DNA of 59,099 nucleotides, filler included, from Dugesia japonica (taxonomy: Eukaryota), in NCBI GenBank assembly GCA_001938525.1. It is 5 parts of 5 records of this genome, joined end to end, with 100 filler letters (N's around TTAATTAATTAA, not from the genome) between each part and the next. Parts side by side here need not be neighbours in the genome. Positions count along the whole stretch, not along the records: positions 38,636 to 50,583 come from MQRL01629203.1; positions 50,684 to 59,099 come from MQRL01544854.1; 3 more parts are not named here. One strand, given 5' to 3'. Of the stretch, positions 49,883 to 59,099 are shown one piece after another. The first letter of the stretch is position 1. Every line of letters starts with the position of its first letter. The position numbers and the translations under genes were made by a program. The notes beneath the pieces are model-generated. The model did not search any database. It worked only from the letters and a program-made list of their open reading frames with translations, and was not told where the DNA came from.

Positions 49883-50583
49883 TAATTTTATTAAATAAAC
49901 TTTCATCATCACTATTTAAAATTTTAGGTTTATTAATAATTTTAATTTTGGGTTTATTAATATTAAGAATTTTACAAAGTTTACTATCAATAACACTATC
50001 ACTATCACTATCACTTTCAATTTTAGGTTTATTAATAATTTCAATTTTGGGTTTACTATCAATATCACTATCACTTTCATAATCACTATTGTTACTGTTA
50101 GGTGTGACATCTATATTATCAATATCAGGTTTTATGAAAATATGTTTAATATTAGGTTCAATATATTTAATTTTAGGTGTTACATCTATATTTTCAATAT
50201 GTTCATCATCTGAATATTCACTTTCAATTTCATTATCTGAATATTCAATATCTCCAACTTTAGGTTCTATATCTTCATCATCTGTTTCTTCATCAAGTTT
50301 ATTTCTTCTTATTTTAATTCTATATTCAAGAATATTTTCATGAAAAGTTTTAAAATATGATAGTGAATCGATTTCATTATCTATCGTTTTTAATTCTTCA
50401 CAACCTTCTATAATTTTATCTAATACATTTAGAAGATTATTCATCTTTTTTATAGATTAAATCTTTAATCATAGATATAGATTTTATGTTATGCCCAATT
50501 TCAACTTCATTTCATTTATAACTTTAGATTGACTTTCTACTAATAATTTTAAATCAGTATCTTTTTGTTTTCTATGTCCAGAA
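49883..50583 (-). CDS. Low-complexity acidic/Ser-Asp ORF with repeated KPKI motifs, probably a Polinton accessory gene; 3' end cut by Gypsy sequence
   Basis: Intronless 206-aa ORF 49824-50444 with the same strand and composition as the Polinton genes. Its last ~20 codons read into Gypsy antisense. Confidence 0.45.
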
Positions 50584-50683
50584 NNNNNNNNNNNNNNNNN
50601 NNNNNNNNNNNNNNNNNNNNNNNNNNNTTAATTAATTAANNNNNNNNNNNNNNNNNNNNNNNNNNNNNNNNNNNNNNNNNNNN
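50584..50683. other. Artificial scaffold-joining spacer
   Basis: N44-TTAATTAATTAA-N44. Confidence 0.95.
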
Positions 50684-50910
50684 AAGCATAAGATATAAAT
50701 TCTAAAATCAAAATGACATTGTAATAAATAAATATATATATATAACTTTTAAGGAATCAGTTATGCAATAATGTCTGAGCTCTAAATCATACATTCAAAC
50801 ACTCAATCATGCATTCAACTATTATCACATAAATATATCAATTTACTTATATAAAGGTCAATATGAACATATTATATTATTCTTAGTCATATCTCACAAT
50901 GATAAATATT

Positions 50911-50911
<1 letters not shown>

Positions 50912-50975
<64 letters not shown>

Positions 50976-51025
50976 NNNNNNNNNNNNNNNNNNNNNNNNN
51001 NNNNNNNNNNNNNNNNNNNNNNNNN

Positions 51026-51092
<67 letters not shown>
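50912..51092. repeat. (AAT)n microsatellite
   Basis: Direct inspection. Confidence 0.95.
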
Positions 51093-51490
51093 TTAGTTTT
51101 TTAAATAAATATAGGAAGCTCAATTTTTTAAAATTAAATTATAATTTCAGAACCTTGCACTGGTAATGAAGATACATGTGAAACAAATCCATTCGATAGT
51201 AAAGAAAAATATAGAAAAAAGGAGCAATGATTTGATAAGCTGACATTTTAATCAAACATTTATTATAAATAAATATTTGGATCTGGTATTTGTTTGTTAT
51301 ATTTGATTATTTAAATGACAAAATTTCTTATTTTCTACTTATAAACATACAGAAAGACTACGAAAATATTCATAGTATTCATGAAAATAATATTCATGAC
51401 ACGATCTTAGACTTTTGTATTGGGTAGTCTTTAGTAATTTCATGAAAGACAGACAATCTGCAAATAAATCAATTATAAAATGTATTCAAC

Positions 51491-51737
51491 CAGGTGCGCA
51501 CCCAGCCTTTTCGCTTGGGGGCTCAAATAAAAGAAAACATCAACAATAGTTAGAGCCGAGTTCAATTTAAATATTTTTAATATATAATACATGATTTAAA
51601 TATTTTATATTTATTTTGGATAGGAAGGTTGACAAAACTAACCCATTTAATCGATTTTTGTCTATTGTGTAGCGAAAATTGTTATAGGTTTGGGAGCTCA
51701 GCCCCGTGAGCCCCTCACCCCCCTGGGTGCGCGTCTG
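51491..51737. mobile_element. 247-bp hAT-like MITE
   Basis: TIRs CAGGTGCGCACCCAG / CTGGGTGCGCGTCTG with subterminal GGGGCTCA/TGAGCCCC motifs. No clear TSD. Confidence 0.7.
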
Positions 51738-52412
51738 AATAATTTAACTGAAGACTTTGCATAATAAACGAGAATTTTAATTAATTTATTAATACACATA
51801 CATACACAAATTTGAGTCTGATTTAAGTAATTCGCATAAAAACGGAATCTTGTTATGAAATTCATCCAAGAGTATATTTTAAAATTTTTATAAAAATTAA
51901 AAAATCAAAAATACTACTTATGAATGTTCAGAATTATTTTAATCGGTAAAAATAGTTTCATGATTTTGTGTACTAAAAAACAAATAATCTGTAACTTCAA
52001 TCATAATTCTTATTTTTATTATTCTTATTTGAACGCCAATATTTCTAAGTATCATGGTTTCCTTTAAAAATACACGGTTATTTATGATGAAAATCGATTA
52101 TTAAAAATTTTAAATACATTTTAAAAAAGGCGCTCGCGTGAATAGTTTAGTTTAAAATGTCATGTTATGCGATGGAATTCAGCCTTCAAAGCTTTATGGT
52201 CTACGATAAGTACATAAACCTGACATCCATCTAAGACCGGTTTATCAATGTTTGGCTAAAACACGATAAACGAAAACGAGGAATAATTAGAATGTTTTGT
52301 TTCGTTGTACATTGTAGAAATATTACGAATGTTTGAGATAGAGTATAAAAAATGGTTACTTCTTTATGAAAATCTTTAGTAGTAATTTGAAATGATTTTC
52401 TAGAATTTTGAT

Positions 52413-52413
<1 letters not shown>

Positions 52414-52479
<66 letters not shown>

Positions 52480-52529
52480 NNNNNNNNNNNNNNNNNNNNN
52501 NNNNNNNNNNNNNNNNNNNNNNNNNNNNN

Positions 52530-52581
<52 letters not shown>
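52414..52581. repeat. (TAT)n microsatellite
   Basis: Direct inspection. Confidence 0.95.
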
Positions 52582-52582
<1 letters not shown>

Positions 52583-53379
52583 TTTTGTTATTATTAATAT
52601 TGTGGTTATTATCATTTTTTTTTCTCGACCCCGCATTTGTAAAAATCTAAATAAAAAACATTATAAAAGAGAAAATTAATTACCTGAAAATCCAATTAAC
52701 TTAGTAAAAAGATAATTAATAATTAGTAAAAAATTCAAAATTTTTAAATTACCAAATGTTTACCACGATCCCGATTGCGGACTCGCGATCAAGACCTAGA
52801 ATACGGACAGCAACCTAAAATATAATTTAACAATGAAAATTATTTAATAATTTTCTCACTGATCAGGCGGCCAGTTTCCGGAGCGTGGTCTCGATTCTGG
52901 TTGACAATTTCGATATTTAATCGGAATTTCTTTGGATCCGATCATACGCTTTTCTTTTTAAAAAAAAGTCGATTTTAACTCAAAGAAATTAATCTCCAAT
53001 ATTTGGAAGGATCAACGTGAATTTATTTTATTATTTTTTAATATTATTATATATATTATAATTTATTGAAAATTATGGATGATTCAATAACGTCAAGTAT
53101 TTTTGAATATATTTCATTTTTTGAGAAATGAAATAAGTTTATCAAAAATGAAAAGATTTCTCTAAAATCTGTAAGGTCTTTTACCTTTAAAAAGTAGAAA
53201 TAAATAATGAATAACAGTGAAATTATCGAAGTTGGAATGCTAATTAAATCAAAAAATGAATACACAATGAGAAGTGGAAATAAAAAATTAATAACAATAA
53301 AATTGAATGATTTATTGAGTGAGGAGAATGGAATACGTTCAAGAATAATCGATAATAAAGAAGAGAGAAAGAGAAGGGG

Positions 53380-54705
53380 AGAAAAATAATAATTATAAAA
53401 CTTTCAAAGAAACTGAAAGATATACTCATAAATAATATCATCGTATCAAAAACCCTTATGCGATTAATTTGTATGAATTAATTTATTTAATTAAATTCGA
53501 TACGATTTTGCTTTTAAACTTGATTAAATTTTTTACAACAAATAATCACGTTTTAATTAATTGAATTCGTTTAATATAATTTAGTTTAAATTGAGTTGAA
53601 TATGTCTATTTAAATTACATTTCTTGATTCTAAATGTTTAGAAACTCTGCATTAATTACTCAATTTATAATATTGATCTCTGGGATCCTCCACTTATTCC
53701 TTTGAATAATAATTTTACTGCGGTTAACGTATTAGAATAATTCTTCAATTAATCATCAAATATTGTCATTTTATTTTTGTTTATCTAATTGGATTAAACA
53801 ATAAGATTAGAGGGCGAATTAATCCATATCCAAAAGAACATTAATGAAAATAATTTAAAAAGAATTAGACTAAAAATGTAGCATTACTGAATTTATTTAA
53901 AGAATTTTACTTTAAATGAGAAATTTGTTTACAGAAATTAAGTCGTACTTCTACTATGATCCGCTGGAACCAAACCAAAGGGGCGGTTACAGTACTCCCG
54001 CAACAAGGAGTCATCTGAACCAAACCGAGGGCGTATAAGGGATGCACAAAGCTAAGATGATTGTGGCTTTCACAAGAGTGCCATTACTATAACAGAAATA
54101 ACATCTTTTAAACCCAACATCAATATTAAACATAGTGCAATAAAAAGTTTCGAAAATTCTTGAAAAAATCCTTAACCCATTAATATCCAATGATAGAGAT
54201 TGTAAAAATACTTTTGAATTCAAAAATTGCTTAAAAAATAAAAAAGTAATCTCAGGAAAGAAAGTTTTGAATTCTTTTGATATAGGTATTCTGTTAACAA
54301 ACCTTTATATAAATGTTCCTATAAATGTTTCTATATCTGCGTTGAGCGCTGGGCAAAGCTTTGTGCTAATTTAAACTATAAATTTGATTAAATAGTTATG
54401 TATGAATGGTTGAAATTTTGTTGTAAAGACGTTAATGTTTTATTCAATAATTATTGGTTCTCTTAGAAAGATGGTGTTGCAATGGGTTCACTGTTGGCAT
54501 CATTATTTTTGTCTAAAATTGAGTCACGAAGTTCTAATTATTTTGTTAATAAACCCAAAAAATACAAAACAGACGTAGATGATACATTTTTTATTTTACA
54601 AGATTAAGATGAAATACTACCTTTTCTTGATTTTATGAACAGTCTTCATCAGAATATATTTTTTATAGAACTTGAAAAAAATGGTAGACTATCATTTTTA
54701 GGGAT
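53380..54705 (+). mobile_element. Penelope-like retroelement RT remnant
   Basis: KVSKILEKILNPL, KNTFEF, LNSFDI, KDGVAMGS, VDDTFFIL and FLDFMNSLHQNI..ELEKNGRLSFL. The 5' boundary is approximate. Confidence 0.8.
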
Positions 54706-57700
54706 GAAAGGGAAAGAGTGTCTTTGAATTGAACAATTAAAATGATGAGGTCATGCTGGCCAATCACGTGTATATTGGTTTTAATTAAGTCTAGTAACCG
54801 GGAATTTCGAACCTTTTGTTTTAATTAATAAGTACATTTAGTGAAAAATTCAAATTTTTCTTTGGCGAGAAATTTAATTTTTTCTTTAATTTTTTTTTAA
54901 AATTTTCTTTTAATTCTTTTTTAATATTTTTTTCTACTGCCAAATTTAAAAGTGTTTTCTTTCCTCTATCTTTTTTATTTTTAATTTTTTTTATTTTATT
55001 TTTTCGTGTAGGGTTTGTAAATCGGTAAATTATGTCATAGATAATTTTTTACAAAACTGTTCCCGTTGGGTACAGTGACGTGTTATCGGATTTCGGTTTA
55101 AAAGGTCTGGTATTGCGATTTTTTGTGTGATTTAGATGAATTTTGGTTTGAATGAAAGAAGAACACTGGGGACATTTGAAGGTTAAAAGCTTTAGTATTC
55201 TGTAGGTGATGGTGTGTGTGTGTATTTAAAAGTGTATATTTTTAAAATGAAAATTGCGACAGAATGAGTTTCAGGTGATAATATTTAGGTTTCGTTGATA
55301 GATTTGAGTTGGCCATCGAAATCGGTCTAAAGGTTGTCAAAGATAATTATTGGCTAAAATGTGTTACATGCATACAAATTTTGTGTTGCAAAATGAGTTT
55401 CAAGTATATTTTTAAGGTTTTATGAGATTAAAATAGTTAAAATCAATAAATTATTAATAATTATTAATTATTTTCATTGCTTAATTTCCTATTATCATAA
55501 TTGAAATTTTGGTAATTATGAAAATTTAAATTTATATTGAAATATTTAAACAAATAAAATATCAATAAAAATATCTGTAGAAGTTTTTCACCGCTTATTC
55601 ACAAAATCGTTGGAAAGGTTTTAGACAACATATTAATAATAATGTAGCTATCATGAATGATAAAAAAATAATAAGAGATTATAAAACAAAGTATTAAAAT
55701 AGCTGCATATCTGGCAGGCCCTAAACAAAGGCTCAATAATGCATATCAGTAATTAGTAGTTAAAAATTATGTTAATAGTGTAAACCTGTATTTTAATGTA
55801 TATTGCGAATATAATTTATGAAGCCGTAAAATCCATGAATGAATATTTATTATCCCGAGTGATTATGTAAATTATAAAATTTTCATAATGACAAAAATAT
55901 TTATTTGAATATGAAAAGCGACAAAACTTTCATATTATTTTATTTAATGATATGGACGAGTAATAGTGATAGATGAAAATAGATCTATAAACTAAAAAGC
56001 ACAGATCATTTCAAATGGTGAGAAGCCATTCAATAAATGATCCACAGCTCAATAAATATGATGAAAACTTCAACTGATTAAATAATAATCTAAACATTTA
56101 GCAAAATTTATCAAATTTTAAAATTTAAAGTAATTAAGGGTTTCTGACAATTATATTTGAAAATAGAATCAATTTAAAATTTTATGGAGTAGATTCCGAA
56201 CCCTCATTTGTTTTCGTTAAGAGAAAATTGATGTGCGGCCAATTGTTGATCAGCATAGCGAAATCATTTTTATTGGTAGATTTGCGAATACAGAATTATC
56301 TCGAAATTTTGTATTTGTCAATGTTTCATTGGTAGAGTCATGAGTGCAAAAATTTTTGGATTGATTATAATTTGATAAAACATTTCATTGGATTTTTTTC
56401 TTTGTGAATTTGATGTTTGGTGTGTATGATTTATATATATAAACGAATGTAATTTTGCAAAAATAGTTACAGTGAATTTTTTTTATTATTTACACATTTA
56501 CCTTGTATTATTTATACAGTTACAATATTTTGTTTCAAAGAGGGGAATCTTTGTATATTTTATTAAAACATAACTAAAGAAGGGAATTCCACGGACGATT
56601 CATCCANNNNNNNNNNNNNNNNNNNNNNNNNNNNNNNNNNNNNNNNNNNNNNNNNNNNNNNNNNNNNNNNNNNNNNNNNNNNNNNNNNNNNNNNNNNNNN
56701 NNNNNNNNNNNNNNNNNNNNNNNNNNNNNNNNNNNNNNNNNNNNNNNNNNNNNNNNNNNNGATGTTTTAAATTTTATCTGCGAATTTTCCGATCTCATTT
56801 TAATAAATATTATCTCATCTACACATCTAGGGGCATACCTAAACGCCACAAGTATTTATGTCACCTCTGTGACATGTCCATTTTTTCCACGGGATCAGCG
56901 CGACTTTGCGGTATCGCGTCTTACTCCTTGGCTTCCTGAACCCTGACAGCAATAATCCGCTTTACGTTCAGTAATAAATAATAAACTTATTATTATAATT
57001 TTACTTCAAAAAATAAAATTTAACGAAAATTAGAATACTCCATCCACATTCAGTAAAATTTATTTATCCACATTTCAGCCTCCATTAATCGGCGTCCAGA
57101 TCTACTGTCTGATCCGTAATATCGTTTGGTTGCTCTGGTCCTCGGTAATTCAATCAGAGAGTTCGTAACGTAACAAACATGGATCCTTCCCGATCGGCAT
57201 AGGTTTTAATAATATCTGCCATTAGCAGATTCGCATGCTGAAGGGACAGCTCTTTTTCTATAATATGGTTGTATTTTGCGGTAGACTTCAGCACTTATCC
57301 CTTCAACTTCAAAATTTAGTTTTTTAATTCTTTACGCTCTTCTTTCCATCTTTGTTGGGTGGCGGCTGACTCTCGTTTGAATATTTTCTCGTCGTTGGAT
57401 TTGTTCACTATAATTTAAATATCATTCAATGATAATAAGTTTCTTTAAGCATGTAATCAGAAATTATAAAAAAAATAAGAATAGTAAGATAAATATAAGA
57501 TAAATAAACAGTTAACGTTTTTTCGGCCTGTGGTTTATCGGTTCTTCTTCCACCACTTCTATAATACGAACCAAAGAAGATGTTCACTAAAGCAATCATC
57601 TTTCCTAGTTCTTACTACTTCGAAGCTCTACCACGANCTCCCTATCAGCTTATTTCAGAAGAAATGCATAATAACAGTCTGATTATAAATTATCACTGAT

Positions 57701-59027
57701 AATTATATTGAATGGAGATCTGAAATTTACTTTCTTATAAATCGTATTTAATAAATAAAATTAAGCGATAAAATTATTCAACACCGAAACTTAATATTTT
57801 CTTCAAATTATTGAATTATACTACGAAATGTTTTTAAAAAAATCATAAATCAAATTTTCAACTAATTTCAAGCATAAATACTGAAAATGAACACAAAAAA
57901 AATTTTAATCAACGAAAACCAGATCATAATTCTTAATAATCGAGCTCCCATCAAATCCATATCTTCACCTCCTTTCATTCCTCTACCTCTCGAAACTATA
58001 CCCGATCTCCATTAGGATTCATTTTACAACTTCTCCTTCCATTCCTTTGATTTCATTAAATTTCTCAGAATTGATTTCTCCTGCGATTCATTTTCTAACT
58101 TCTCTGTATTTCCACTTTCTCCATCCATAAATTTGATCTCATTAAAATATTCAAACTTGATTTCTGATGCAATTCATTTTTCCAATTTCTATGTTCATAA
58201 ATTTTATTTCATTAAACTCTAAACTCGATTCCTGATGCAATTCGTTTAAGCGGGAGCTAGTTCATCGGTTTTTGGGGCGTACTAGGATAATAAAAGGTAA
58301 TGTTATTCAAAATTAATAAAGATAAGAAAAATATTTAATATTTACTTTGTTGAGATATAATTCTTCGTCGTTCCAAATGTTGTAAATAAACGGAATCGGC
58401 TTCACAGTCACCAAATTGTTTAAAATTGTTTTCATAAATTTTATGACAATTATTTCACAAAATTTTAAAAGGTGTTTTCTTCACTTTTCCTTTGCAATCG
58501 AATTTTATTCCTCTATTGAACACTAACTAAACATCACCTATTTGTTTGCCAATCATCTTCGTTTTTTGTCCAATCCGGGTTTATGATTGGTTGCTGTCTT
58601 CTTCTCCTTCGTTGTGCATCTCTTGGCTAAGTTGTTTCGTATTAATTTTGAAATTGACTTGAAATTGACTCCCTCGTCATCAGTCACCTCGTGTGACCTC
58701 TGATAGTTACTGAGGAGAAGTCCTTTTCTAGCAGGAAATGATTCAGCAGTTTTGTTGATAATTTTCAATTTATTTTTCATCAGCTAGACAAGGACAGATG
58801 ACTGGACCAGCATCAATTAAAATTATAATTAATATTAAACGCTATTTAGCGTTATTTATAGTAATGAAATAGGGTCCAAGAGACCCCTTCAATATAATAT
58901 TATAATATTGTATATTATTTTTATTATTTAATTTATAATTGCTTTTCTTTACATATACTTTTCATTTTTGTACCACCGAAATTGGGTCTTCTACGCCCAA
59001 TTTTCATTTTTCGATATTTTCCAAAAA

Positions 59028-59063
59028 TAATTATAATAATAATAATTACATAATAATAATGAC

Positions 59064-59099
<36 letters not shown>
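59028..59099. repeat. (AAT)n microsatellite
   Basis: Direct inspection. Confidence 0.9.

Noticed and set aside
49852-50343. Hydrophobic plus-strand ORFs
   Set aside because: They are antisense shadows of the low-complexity minus-strand ORF 49824-50444.
23494-50583. One large Polinton spanning pPolB to capsid and capturing PFK
   Set aside because: An artificial spacer at 38536-38635 separates the two parts, and PFK has normal host introns.
50899-52650. Poly-I/Y/L/N ORFs
   Set aside because: They are translations of (AAT)n microsatellites and gaps.
58553-58780. 75-aa basic ORF and adjacent decayed repeats at 57940-58260
   Set aside because: There is no family motif, and neighbouring frames are full of stops.

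Overview
This is very AT-rich eukaryotic genomic DNA with short GT-AG introns. The PFK N-terminus and the repeat content suggest a flatworm such as a planarian (inference). The window is not one locus: four identical 100-nt spacers (N44-TTAATTAATTAA-N44) join five separate scaffold pieces. Host genes are a 3'-truncated 6-phosphofructokinase, a MAPK-like pseudokinase, a protein with three ubiquitin-like domains and a candidate gene built from symmetric phase-1 micro-exons. Most of the rest is decayed mobile DNA. It includes two Polinton/Maverick (adintovirus-like) segments, one with the protein-primed PolB and one with integrase, PLA2 and major capsid. There are also three Ty3/Gypsy remnants, Tc1, mariner, hAT and Penelope remnants, minimal hammerhead ribozyme motifs, several MITEs and a 14-bp satellite. 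Three signals are most unusual. (i) GC-rich, frame-preserving micro-insertions (15, 21 and 42 nt including short target duplications) are repeatedly inserted in Polinton coding sequence. (ii) Non-autonomous 1-2 kb elements carry Polinton-type AGTAG...CTACT termini. (iii) A micro-exon gene is present.
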